Shown: in pieces, positions 38,709 to 49,160 of the stretch
Layout of the letters: each line of letters starts with the position of its first letter
Numbering within the stretch: the stretch's first letter is position 1
Assembly: GCA_964482725.1 (NCBI GenBank)
Contig: CAYZYT010000006.1
Location: 19,777 to 83,776, forward strand
Length of the DNA stretch: 64,000 nucleotides
DNA from: an uncultured bacterium
GTDB taxonomy: Bacteria; Omnitrophota; Omnitrophia; Omnitrophales; Aquincolibacteriaceae
Direction of reading: 5' to 3'
Made by a program: the position numbers and the translations under genes
Notes under the pieces: generated by a model
Told to the model about the DNA's origin: nothing
What the model saw: only the letters and a program-made list of their open reading frames with translations
Databases searched by the model: none

Positions 38709-38763
38709 GACAACGGTCAACGAACAACGAATTTACAAAACGTTGCCCGTTGACCGTTGAACG
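38709..38763. repeat. Inverted heptamer array between ilvC and leuA
   Basis: CAACGGT CAACGAA CAACGAA - tttacaaaa - CGTTGCC CGTTGAC CGTTGAA. Confidence 0.75.
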
Positions 38764-38765
38764 AT

Positions 38766-39764
38766 TCATTTCTTGTTAATGAATTCCATCATCCCGCGCA
38801 ACTGCGCGCCGACTTTTTCGATCCCGTGTTTTTCGCAATTTTCGCGCTGCTTCTTGAAATTCGGACGGCCCTTCTTGTTCTCCTCCATCCATTCCTTCGC
38901 GAATTTTCCGGACACGATCTCATCGAGCATCTTCTTCATTTCCTTGCGGGTGTCCTTCGTGATCACGCGCGGTCCGCGGCTATAACCACCGTACTCCGCG
39001 GTATCGGAAACGCGGCGATACATGCCGCTGATCCCGTGCACGAACATGGCATCCACAATGAGTTTCACTTCATGGAGACATTCGAAATAGGCCATCTCCG
39101 GCTGGTAACCAGCCTCAACCAAGGTATCAAAACCCGCCGTGATCAGATCGCTCAAGCCACCGCAAAGCACCGCCTGCTCGCCGAAAAGATCGGTTTCGGT
39201 CTCTTCTTTAAAAGTGGTTTCGATCACGCCCGCGCGCGCGCCACCGATCGCCTTCGCATACGCGAGGCCAATCTGGAGCGCTTTGCCGCTGGGATTCTGC
39301 TTTACCGCCACGAGGCAGGGTACGCCGCCGCCTTCTACGAACTGGGAACGCACGAGGGAACCCGGCCCTTTGGGTGCGACCATGAAGACATCGATGTCCT
39401 GTGAGGGCTTGATGTAACCAAAGTGAATGTTAAAGCCGTGGGAAAAACAAAGTGATTTTCCGGCTTTCATGTACGGCGCGATATACTTTTCATAGATCTC
39501 GGCCTGGAGATGATCCTGCGTCAGGATCTGGATAATATCCGCTTGCTGGGCCGCTTCACTCGCACCCATGGGCTTAAAACCATCCTTCACCGCCTGTTCA
39601 TAGTTCGGCGTCCCGGGGATCTCAGAGACGATCACATCCACGCCCGAATCACGGAGGTTCAGTCCCTGACCGCGGCCCTGGATCCCGTAACCGATGATCG
39701 CGACTTTCTTGCCCTTCAGAAGGTTCAAATCCGCATCTTTGTCGTAATAAATTTTGACTGCCAT
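38766..39764 (-). CDS. ilvC: Ketol-acid reductoisomerase
   Basis: IIGYGIQG, FSHGFNIH, MVAPKGPG, ETETDLFGEQAVLCGG, SDTAEYG. Confidence 0.96.
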   Translation of the reverse strand: MAVKIYYDKDADLNLLKGKKVAIIGYGIQGRGQGLNLRDSGVDVIVSEIPGTPNYEQAVKDGFKPMGASEAAQQADIIQILTQDHLQAEIYEKYIAPYMKAGKSLCFSHGFNIHFGYIKPSQDIDVFMVAPKGPGSLVRSQFVEGGGVPCLVAVKQNPSGKALQIGLAYAKAIGGARAGVIETTFKEETETDLFGEQAVLCGGLSDLITAGFDTLVEAGYQPEMAYFECLHEVKLIVDAMFVHGISGMYRRVSDTAEYGGYSRGPRVITKDTRKEMKKMLDEIVSGKFAKEWMEENKKGRPNFKKQRENCEKHGIEKVGAQLRGMMEFINKK

Positions 39765-39783
39765 TTTATTTTCCTTTCTTATG

Positions 39784-39838
39784 AGCTCAAAGTTCAAGGC
39801 TCAAAAAATTTTGAGCTTTGCGCCTTGCGCTCTGTGCT
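39784..39838. repeat. Inverted heptamer array between ilvN and ilvC
   Basis: AGCTCAA AGTTCAA GGCTCAA - aaaatt - TTGAGCT TTGCGCC TTGCGCT CTGTGCT. Confidence 0.75.
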
Positions 39839-39847
39839 TTTTTTGAA

Positions 39848-40396
39848 TTATTTCTTTTTCGTTACTTTCTTCACTGCCGATTTTACTGTTTTTCCGCTAC
39901 TCTTCGAGGGTGCTTGGAGTTCGCCCCGGCGCGCCATCGCGATCTGCCCCGTCCGGACGACTTCTTTAAGATCGAACGGCCTCAAAAGCTCGAGCATGGC
40001 GTCGATCTTGCCTTCGCTTCCCGTCACCTCGATCGTCAGGGATTCCTGGCTTACATCCACGATCTTCGCGCGGAACGTATTCACGACATGCATGATGTCG
40101 TTGCGGCTCGTCGCATTCACTCCGATCTTGATCAGCACAAGCTCACGGGCGATCATGTCCTTCGCCGTAAGATCTTCCACACGGATCACATCCACAAGCT
40201 TATTCAGCTGCTTCATGATCTGCTCAACCACACGGTCATCTCCATTCGCGATCACGGTCATGCGCGACACTTCGGGGTCCTGGGTTTCCCCGACCGCCAG
40301 ACTATCGATATTGAACCCTCGCGCTGAAAAAAGTCCCGCCACGCGCGCCAAAACGCCAAAATGATTCTCCACCAAGACCGAGACTGTATGTTGCAT
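39848..40396 (-). CDS. ilvN: Acetolactate synthase small subunit
   Basis: VENHFGVLARVAGLFSARGFNIDSL, KQLNKLVDV, EVVRTG. Confidence 0.95.
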   Translation of the reverse strand: MQHTVSVLVENHFGVLARVAGLFSARGFNIDSLAVGETQDPEVSRMTVIANGDDRVVEQIMKQLNKLVDVIRVEDLTAKDMIARELVLIKIGVNATSRNDIMHVVNTFRAKIVDVSQESLTIEVTGSEGKIDAMLELLRPFDLKEVVRTGQIAMARRGELQAPSKSSGKTVKSAVKKVTKKK

Positions 40397-40412
40397 AAGA
40401 ACTCCTTTTCAC

Positions 40413-40483
40413 TAGCGTTTAGGGTTTAGCGTATAGGGTTTAGAAAATCGAGGCTCTTCCTATCCCCTAACCCCTACACCCTA
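40413..40483. repeat. Inverted heptamer array between ilvB and ilvN
   Basis: TAGCGTT TAGGGTT TAGCGTA TAGGGTT TAG - spacer - CTATCCC CTAACCC CTACACC CTA. Confidence 0.78.
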
Positions 40484-40490
40484 CTATTTT

Positions 40491-42176
40491 TTAAGCCATA
40501 TCCATGATCTGGTCCAGGGCATTCCCGGCCGGAACCATCGGATACACATTTGCTTCTTTGGAAACAAGACACTGCACGACCACAGGACCTTTATGAGCCA
40601 GCGCCCTTTTGATCGCCGGGACCAATTCTTTTTTCTGCCGGACTTTAATCGCCAGGATCCCGTAAGCTTGCACTAATTTCACAAAATCAGGGTTGGTCGG
40701 ACCGATCACAGAACCCGAATAACGCCGCTTATAGAAAAGCTCCTGCCATTGGCGGACCATACCATAATAACCATTATCCAGAATGAACGTCTTGACCGGT
40801 ACTTTGTTATAGGCCGCGGTCGCAAGTTCGGTCATAGTCATCTGGAAAGATCCATCACCTTCAATGCACACCACGGTATCCTTCGGCCTTCCGAGCTGAG
40901 CCCCGATCGCCGCGGGAAAGCCATACCCCATGGTCCCCAGTCCACCGGAAGTGAGCATCGTGCGGGGCCGATTGAATCGATACCATTGCGCCGTCCACAT
41001 CTGATGCTGTCCAACCCCCGTGACCACGATCGCCTGGTGCTTCGTCAGCTCCCCGATCTTTTCGATCACATACGCAGGGTGGATCTTCTGACCCCCCTTC
41101 TCATATTTCATCGGATGCTTTTGTTTCCAAACTGCGATCTGGGCGAGCCATTCCTTCATGTCCGAACGTTTGTCCGAAACAAGCCCGCTCAGTTTTTCGA
41201 TCGCCCCCTTTACATCGCTCACCACGGGCACATGCACCCGAACGGTCTTCGAGATCGAAGAAGGATCGATATCGATATGAATGATCTTGGCGTGCGGGGC
41301 GAACTTCGCCACGTTACCGGTCACGCGATCGTCAAAACGCGCTCCAACCCCGATCAAAACATCGGAATTTTGTACTGCATAATTCGCGAAATGGGTGCCA
41401 TGCATCCCAAGCATCCTCAGAGATGACTCGTGTGTTTCCGGAAAGATCCCAAGTCCCAAAATCGTGGTCGTGATGGGGATCCCTGTTTTCTCCACAAACG
41501 CACGAAGCTCTTTTTCGGCTCCGGAAATAATAGCCCCGCCGCCCACATACAACACAGGCCGCTTGCTCCCCCGTATCAGTTCGGCGGCCTTCTGCAGCTG
41601 CTCATCCACTCCTTGGCATTCCACCTGGGGCTGGTAGCTTCGGATAAAAACATCCTTGGGCCACACAAACTCTGTCTTAGCGCGGCTGATATCCACAGGA
41701 AAATCGATCAGCACAGGCCCCGGCTTTCCCGTCGTAGCGATGTAGAAAGCTTCACGCACGATCCGCGCAATATCCCGAACATCTTTGATCAAGAAATTGT
41801 GTTTCGTGACGGGACGCGTGATCCCGACGATATCCACTTCCTGGAACGCGTCACTCCCGATCGCGTTCGTCGTCACTTGTCCGGTAATGCAAACCAACGG
41901 CACGGAATCCATATAAGCGGTCGCAAGACCGGTCACGGTGTTCGTGGCCGCAGGCCCTGAAGTCACCAAACAAACTCCGGGACGCCCCGTCGCTCGGGCA
42001 TACCCATCCGCCATATGAGTTGCGCCTTGCTCATGCTTGGTCAAGATCAGTTTGATCTTAGAATCATAGAGCACGTCGTAGGTGGGAAGAATAACCCCGC
42101 CCGGAAGCCCAAAGATATGCTCCACGCCTTCTTTTTCAAGACACTTGATCAGGATCTGAGCCCCGGTAAGTTTCAT
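40491..42176 (-). CDS. ilvB: Acetolactate synthase large subunit
   Basis: HEQGATHMADGYAR, TSGP, MLGMHG, GVGQHQMW, SGGLGTMG, GDGSFQM, GMVRQWQ. Confidence 0.96.
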   Translation of the reverse strand: MKLTGAQILIKCLEKEGVEHIFGLPGGVILPTYDVLYDSKIKLILTKHEQGATHMADGYARATGRPGVCLVTSGPAATNTVTGLATAYMDSVPLVCITGQVTTNAIGSDAFQEVDIVGITRPVTKHNFLIKDVRDIARIVREAFYIATTGKPGPVLIDFPVDISRAKTEFVWPKDVFIRSYQPQVECQGVDEQLQKAAELIRGSKRPVLYVGGGAIISGAEKELRAFVEKTGIPITTTILGLGIFPETHESSLRMLGMHGTHFANYAVQNSDVLIGVGARFDDRVTGNVAKFAPHAKIIHIDIDPSSISKTVRVHVPVVSDVKGAIEKLSGLVSDKRSDMKEWLAQIAVWKQKHPMKYEKGGQKIHPAYVIEKIGELTKHQAIVVTGVGQHQMWTAQWYRFNRPRTMLTSGGLGTMGYGFPAAIGAQLGRPKDTVVCIEGDGSFQMTMTELATAAYNKVPVKTFILDNGYYGMVRQWQELFYKRRYSGSVIGPTNPDFVKLVQAYGILAIKVRQKKELVPAIKRALAHKGPVVVQCLVSKEANVYPMVPAGNALDQIMDMA

Positions 42177-42237
42177 GATCTTTTTTCCCTTTTTAGCCCT
42201 GCCGATTCGTTCGTTTGAACAAAAATCACGAGGAAGA

Positions 42238-43269
42238 TTAAACCGCGAAGAAATCCTTCACGCCTTTTTTGAATTTCCCCTTCCAATCCTTTGGCCCCTG
42301 GGCCACGGACGCTTCCCAACTTTGTCCCATCGTTTCCATCCAATCAAAAACAGATTTTTTAAACTCCAAGTCGTTCAGCTCCTCATCGTTTTTGTAATCC
42401 ACAAGGTGAAGCGGATAGCCTTTTTGCTGGAACTTTTCGAACCAAACCTGGTTCCGAGATCGAACCTCCCCGTCCGCTTTCAACGCGATATAAAAGGGCA
42501 CCTGATCGGCCGCATCGGAACGCGGATCGACCAATTGAGAAAAAGGTCCGTCCCATGCCTGGCCCAGTAAAGCAACGGCCGCGAATTCTTTGGGGTATTT
42601 GACCGCCAGGTAAGCGGCATAATGAGCCCCCAGATCTTTCCCGAGGAGATAAACGCGTTTTTTACTGATCGGAAATCGCTCCATCACATCTTTTTTTACG
42701 GAGAGGAGCCACGCGTCCAAGGTATAAGGCGTATCCCCGGCTTTCGGCCAGAGAACATAAGGCGCCAGGATAAAAACACTCTTTCTTTGAGCAAGCCCCG
42801 TCAAATATTCGATCTGTTGCTCTGCTTTTGCGGATTCTGCCGGCGCGATCATGATCATCGCATAGGTCCTGTCCGTCTTATAATCCTTGGGGGCAAAAAG
42901 AAAAACAGGATATTTGTAACCACTGACCTCCACCAAACCGGAAGGGTTCGAAGCGGCAAAGACTTGGTCTGCCGGCATATCTTGGGGAGCAACTTTTGGA
43001 GTTTCCAAAGCGGGTTGCCCTTCAGAAACTACGGCCGGAGCTCCTTGAGTCGGCGGAATAATCGCTTGAACGGGTTGCACGTCCGCGGGAACCTGCGGCG
43101 TCGCAGGAGACTCCGCGACAGCCTGAGTATCTTCGGGAGCCGGTAAAGTCTCATCATAGTTCGCTGCCGCTTTTTTTTCTTCAACCGTTTCGGCGCGCGC
43201 AGACACACTTAACGCGATTAAAAAAACGCTGAGAAAAAGGCACGAAACACTCTTGCGACAGTTATCCAT
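42238..43269 (-). CDS. Secreted alpha/beta-hydrolase-fold protein with low-complexity N-terminal linker
   Basis: Signal peptide (..SVSARA), P/A/Q-rich linker, RVYLLGKDLGAHYA..LAVKYPKEFAAV strand-elbow pattern. Confidence 0.6.
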   Translation of the reverse strand: MDNCRKSVSCLFLSVFLIALSVSARAETVEEKKAAANYDETLPAPEDTQAVAESPATPQVPADVQPVQAIIPPTQGAPAVVSEGQPALETPKVAPQDMPADQVFAASNPSGLVEVSGYKYPVFLFAPKDYKTDRTYAMIMIAPAESAKAEQQIEYLTGLAQRKSVFILAPYVLWPKAGDTPYTLDAWLLSVKKDVMERFPISKKRVYLLGKDLGAHYAAYLAVKYPKEFAAVALLGQAWDGPFSQLVDPRSDAADQVPFYIALKADGEVRSRNQVWFEKFQQKGYPLHLVDYKNDEELNDLEFKKSVFDWMETMGQSWEASVAQGPKDWKGKFKKGVKDFFAV

Positions 43270-43330
43270 TGGACCCTCGATCCCGTGGGGACTTAAATTG
43301 ACGTAACTCGCTGAAACAAAAGAGGTTGTT

Positions 43331-43358
43331 ATTATATGGATAACCCTTGGCTTGTCAA
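43331..43358 (-). promoter_or_regulatory. Consensus sigma70 promoter upstream of the hydrolase-fold gene / ilv block
   Basis: TTGACA-16 nt-TATAAT. Confidence 0.7.
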
Positions 43359-43424
43359 CGCGGCTAAAAAGCGCCCAAAAAGCACTCTTTCCTCTAGAAA
43401 TCGGGCCATTTCCGGAAGGTCAAG

Positions 43425-45217
<1,793 letters not shown>

Positions 45218-45220
45218 TCA

Positions 45221-45250
45221 AAGTGACGGTCACCGTGAGTGACTGTCACC
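45221..45250. repeat. Tandem GTGACnGTCAC palindromes in the eno leader
   Basis: AAGTGACGGTCACC gtg AGTGACTGTCACC. Confidence 0.55.
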
Positions 45251-45297
45251 AAAGATTCGAGAGAAAATGCGTAAAAATTCCAGTAATTCGAGCCGTG

Positions 45298-45325
45298 ATT
45301 ATAGCAAATCCTCGGAGGGTGTCCA
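45298..45325 (-). promoter_or_regulatory. Promoter for eno-ftsB
   Basis: TGGACA-16 nt-TATAAT with extended TGc. Confidence 0.6.
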
Positions 45326-45438
45326 TCCTTGTCACCATTGGGCCAGATGCCCGCCACGGAGGGCTCCATCCCACCTTCGTGTCAGCGGGATGAAAAGAGT
45401 TGGGGCCATCCCCGCCGCAGCGGCAGTGCCACGCTATT

Positions 45439-45852
45439 CTATTCTTCCTCGGGTCGCCCCCGAAGTTTTTTAAGAGCGCCATGTCGCTGCTTGAGGGTAA
45501 GCATTTTGTCTTTCGCTCGTTTGGAACGTTTTCGCTTCTGCCTCCGGATCTTGGCGATCCTTTGGTCCTCCTCACTCTTCCGACCGAGGATCTGCCTTTC
45601 CAATTTTTCAGTCAACATCCGCCGCGCCCAGTACCGGTTCATGGCCTGCGTTCGTTCTTGCTGACATTTGAGGAAAAGGCCTGTGGGCCTGTGCTTCAGA
45701 ACCACGCACGTGGCTACTTTGTTGACGTTCTGCCCCCCCGGCCCTCCGGAGCACACGAACGATTCCTCAAAATCCTGCTCACGGATCCCCAGCCGCGCCA
45801 TTTTGAGCACAAGATCCTGTCGCTTTTTTTCTGATACTGGATAAATATTCAT
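45439..45852 (-). CDS. Class I release-factor-like peptidyl-tRNA hydrolase (ArfB/C12orf65-like)
   Basis: SGGPGGQNVNKVATCV, RTQAMNR, basic C-terminal tail. Confidence 0.85.
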   Translation of the reverse strand: MNIYPVSEKKRQDLVLKMARLGIREQDFEESFVCSGGPGGQNVNKVATCVVLKHRPTGLFLKCQQERTQAMNRYWARRMLTEKLERQILGRKSEEDQRIAKIRRQKRKRSKRAKDKMLTLKQRHGALKKLRGRPEEE

Positions 45853-45984
45853 CGACCCTTTATGGACGGGACACGGCCCCCACCGCTCCTTCATTTCAAG
45901 GGCTGGCTGGGACTGCATCAAACTTCCTTAAAGCTTAATGAGCTGTTCCGTGCTTCCGGTTCACAGTTGCCAACGTGTGCGTTG

Positions 45985-46854
45985 CTAGAGTCCCCTTGCG
46001 AAATCAGGTCGTAGCGTGATGTCCCCGTCGATCGCCGCCTTGAGGGCCTTTAATAACATTGGTTTATCTTTCGGCAACGTTCCTTCGAGCGCTAAATAAT
46101 TCGAGGCATGGTCCGAACGGAAAAGGGTACGTTCGAGCTCAAGGCCCTGGATCATGTCGTAAGCCTCCTTCAACAATGCTTCCGAATCGAGCGCTAAAAA
46201 GTCTCCCTGCCGCTGCTCTTCCGAAAGAGGCGTGCCGGGAATAACCATCAGCGTAAGGAACGAGAGATAGCGCGGCTGCATCCGATTCAAGGCCTCGATC
46301 GTTCCCCGCACGTGTTCCGCGGAAAACTTCTTGCCCCCCAAGCCAAGAAGCACGATCACCGAAGACCGGATCCCCGCGCCTTCCGCCCTTTGCACCGCCT
46401 CGATCATTTCTTCCGCGCTTGAAGTTTTCCCGCACCGATCGAGCACGATCTGACTGCCGCTCTCAAGCCCCATGTAGATGAGGCTCAATTTGTGAGCGGA
46501 AAGCTCCTCTAATTCCCCGTCGCTTTTCCGGGCAATGTTCGATCCGTTCGCATAGCTGGAGACACGGGAAAGACGGGGGAAAGACTGCTCCAGCTTTTCC
46601 AATACAGGGACTAGCTTGCTATTGCTGAGAACGAGCGCGTCGCCATCCATCAAAAAAACACGCCTCGTTCCAGGAAAACTTCGAGCATAACGATCCACGT
46701 CCGAAAAAACCTCCCCGGGATCTTTGATGCGAAAGGGCTTTCTCTTGTACGCACCACAGAAACTGCACTGATCCGAAGAACATCCCAGAGTCACTTGCAG
46801 AAGAAAACTGTCGGCTTCGGCCGGGGGCCGTATCACAGGCTCAATGATCGTCAT
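45985..46854 (-). CDS. Radical SAM protein
   Basis: RPPAEADS.LLQVTLGCSSDQCSFC (CxxxxCxxC spacing), FLMDGDAL, GLESG, FRSDHASNY. Confidence 0.85.
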   Translation of the reverse strand: MTIIEPVIRPPAEADSFLLQVTLGCSSDQCSFCGAYKRKPFRIKDPGEVFSDVDRYARSFPGTRRVFLMDGDALVLSNSKLVPVLEKLEQSFPRLSRVSSYANGSNIARKSDGELEELSAHKLSLIYMGLESGSQIVLDRCGKTSSAEEMIEAVQRAEGAGIRSSVIVLLGLGGKKFSAEHVRGTIEALNRMQPRYLSFLTLMVIPGTPLSEEQRQGDFLALDSEALLKEAYDMIQGLELERTLFRSDHASNYLALEGTLPKDKPMLLKALKAAIDGDITLRPDFARGL

Positions 46855-46986
46855 CTAGCTCCCGCCCCACTGTTTATGGATCTCGTTCCCGCAAGACCGT
46901 CAGGTTCTCCCCAAGACCCACCGCCCGCGCGGCGTTCCTCGCCGCCAAGACGCCCTTGTACGGATCCCACGATACACGATACCGCT

Positions 46987-47616
46987 TCACACCTTCTTCT
47001 TTTTTCTTTTAAACAGAGATTCGGAAAACACCAGGAGGGGAATGATCCAAAAAATGTCCGCGGACATCACGGGATGGGCCTGTGACAAAAAAATCGAGAT
47101 CGATGCAACGAAAATAAAAAAGAGGCACTTGTTCCTTCCGAAGGCTATATCCAGATCACTCATCCCGGCGTCCACCAGATGCCGCTTTCTCGTCGCATAG
47201 ATCCAATTCGTTAAAAAAAGCACCCCCACGATGAACAAATTTGTCCCAAAGACGATCTCTGCGAGATTTTGGTCCGGAAATTCGGTCACAAGCGAAGTCG
47301 AAAAAGGGAAAAGAGCCACAAAGAACAACGTCACAATATTAATCCAGATATGCAAGGAGTCCGTCCGCCTGATGAAATGGGCCTGCTCGTGATGCTGGAT
47401 CCAGAAAATCGCCAACAAGGCAAAGCTGAGCGCGTAATTGATAATATCGTGGATCTTCAAATACAGCATCCCCATAAAGCCGGAATCATGCAGCACGGTC
47501 TCCCTCTGAGGGACAACAACCGTCATCACCAAAAGCGTCATCACGATCGCGAAGATCCCGTCCACGAGCGTTTCCAACCTGTTTTTCTCCATAAAATATT
47601 TATCGAATTGATTCAT
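46987..47616 (-). CDS. TMEM175-family (DUF1211) potassium channel-like protein
   Basis: RLETLVDGIFAIVMTLLV, SF..LAIFWIQHH, FPFST; about 6 TM segments. Confidence 0.85.
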   Translation of the reverse strand: MNQFDKYFMEKNRLETLVDGIFAIVMTLLVMTVVVPQRETVLHDSGFMGMLYLKIHDIINYALSFALLAIFWIQHHEQAHFIRRTDSLHIWINIVTLFFVALFPFSTSLVTEFPDQNLAEIVFGTNLFIVGVLFLTNWIYATRKRHLVDAGMSDLDIAFGRNKCLFFIFVASISIFLSQAHPVMSADIFWIIPLLVFSESLFKRKKKKV

Positions 47617-47716
47617 TAAAAAACCTCCGTTTTAAACCGGTCGGATCGGTCCGACAGGTCATAGGGCCACGATCCAACGGCTTGTGGCGAGCATGATTGA
47701 GGCCGACCTAAGCCGT

Positions 47717-48286
47717 TCATTTCTTGGACAGTACAAGATTCAGAGCTTGGGGATAGATCTCGTATTCGAGGCTGTGGATACGCGCTTCAAGGGTTTCGAG
47801 CGTGTCATGGGAAAGCACGGGGACAGTACGCTGCAGAATGACGGGACCGGTGTCGACGCCGGTATCCACGAAGTGAACCGTCACACCGGTTTCTTTCACC
47901 TTCGCATCCCAAGCATCCTTGATCGCGTGAGCCCCCGGGAATGCCGGAAGAAGCGCGGGATGGATATTGATAAGCCGCCCACTGTGTTTTTTGACGAATC
48001 CTTCAGTCAGCACACGCATGAAGCCGGCAAGGACGATGAGGTCCACCTTATGCTTTTCAAGACATTCGCTTAGAGCCTGATCAAAAAGCTCCCGCGTCGC
48101 GTAATCTTTATGGGAGATCACGGCTGAAGGAACGCCAAGTTCCCTCGCTCGATCAAGCGCCTTCACTCCGGGCTTGTTGGAGATCACGATCGTCGCCTCC
48201 GCATGGATCTCGCCGGACCTGATCTTCTTGATCAGGTTTTCAGCGTTAGTTCCGCTACCTGAGACTAGAAATGCAATGCGTTTCAT
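47717..48286 (-). CDS. purN: Phosphoribosylglycinamide formyltransferase
   Basis: SGSGTN, LAGFMR, NIHPALLP, GVTVHFV..GVDTGP. Confidence 0.95.
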   Translation of the reverse strand: MKRIAFLVSGSGTNAENLIKKIRSGEIHAEATIVISNKPGVKALDRARELGVPSAVISHKDYATRELFDQALSECLEKHKVDLIVLAGFMRVLTEGFVKKHSGRLINIHPALLPAFPGAHAIKDAWDAKVKETGVTVHFVDTGVDTGPVILQRTVPVLSHDTLETLEARIHSLEYEIYPQALNLVLSKK

Positions 48287-48981
48287 TCTGGTTCCCTCTT
48301 AGGCAATACACTTTTACGATCTTTCCCTGAAACTAAAACCACCATCTCCCCTTTGCGAGGTTTTTGCGTCATATCCCGAATAAGCTCGGACAGATTTCCG
48401 CGCAAGACTTCTTCAAATTTTTTTGAGATCTCGCGAGCGACGGCAGCCTCACGATCCCCAAAAACCTCCAGAGCATCCTGAAGCATTTTCACGATCCGAA
48501 AGGGCGACTCAAAAAAAATGAGCGTTTCTTCCCGCTCCGCGAGCGACTGAAGCTCATGTCTCCGCCGCTCGCCTTTATTCGAAAGAAAGCCGAGAAAGCT
48601 GAAACTGTCGGTCGGAAGACCGCTTAAAACGAGCGCGGTCGTAACCGCTGACGGCCCAGGCAATACTTCCAGAGACAGCCCCTCTGCGAGTACCGCATGA
48701 ACGATCTGGAACCCCGGATCCGAAACAAGCGGCATACCGCCATCGGAAACAAGCGCCAGATGCTTTCCTTCCTTCAGGAGCGCCACAAGCCCCGCCGTTT
48801 TTTGCGCCGAATTGTGGTCATGATAGCTCAGAAGCTGTTTGGCGATCCCGTAATGCTGGAGAAGCTTCAATGTCTGGCGCGTATCCTCACAAACAATGAT
48901 GTCCGCCTGCTTTAAAACTTCCAGAGCTCTTAACGTAATGTCCCCGAGATTGCCAATGGGGGTTGGGACAATGCTTAACAT
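48283..48981 (-). CDS. rsmI: 16S rRNA (C1402-2'-O)-methyltransferase
   Basis: PTPIGNLGDITLRAL, CEDTR, VSDGGMP.VSDPG, FESPFR, REISKKFEE. Confidence 0.93.
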   Translation of the reverse strand: MLSIVPTPIGNLGDITLRALEVLKQADIIVCEDTRQTLKLLQHYGIAKQLLSYHDHNSAQKTAGLVALLKEGKHLALVSDGGMPLVSDPGFQIVHAVLAEGLSLEVLPGPSAVTTALVLSGLPTDSFSFLGFLSNKGERRRHELQSLAEREETLIFFESPFRIVKMLQDALEVFGDREAAVAREISKKFEEVLRGNLSELIRDMTQKPRKGEMVVLVSGKDRKSVLPKREPE

Positions 48982-49049
48982 GTTCTGGTTTTTCTTTCTT
49001 CGTTATTTCCATCCACCCTGTTTTTCAACCGATCTGTTGTAAGGCTACA

Positions 49050-49160
49050 GTAACGATGCCCGTTTCGTTTACCGGTTACGGTTGTCGTATTTTTATAATT
49101 AACGTTACCGTTGCCATAACCGATACGGGCTTCTTTCCCCTTACCGTTACCGATTTCGTT
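49050..49160. repeat. Degenerate hexamer arrays (CGTTAC/ACGGTT-like)
   Basis: CCGGTT ACGGTT GTCGTA; CGTTAC CGTTGC CATAAC CGATAC; CCTTAC CGTTAC CGATTT. Confidence 0.5.

Noticed and set aside
45246-45575. 109-aa minus-strand ORF between the arfB-like gene and eno
   Set aside because: It overlaps the arfB-like gene and the eno promoter and has no recognisable motif.
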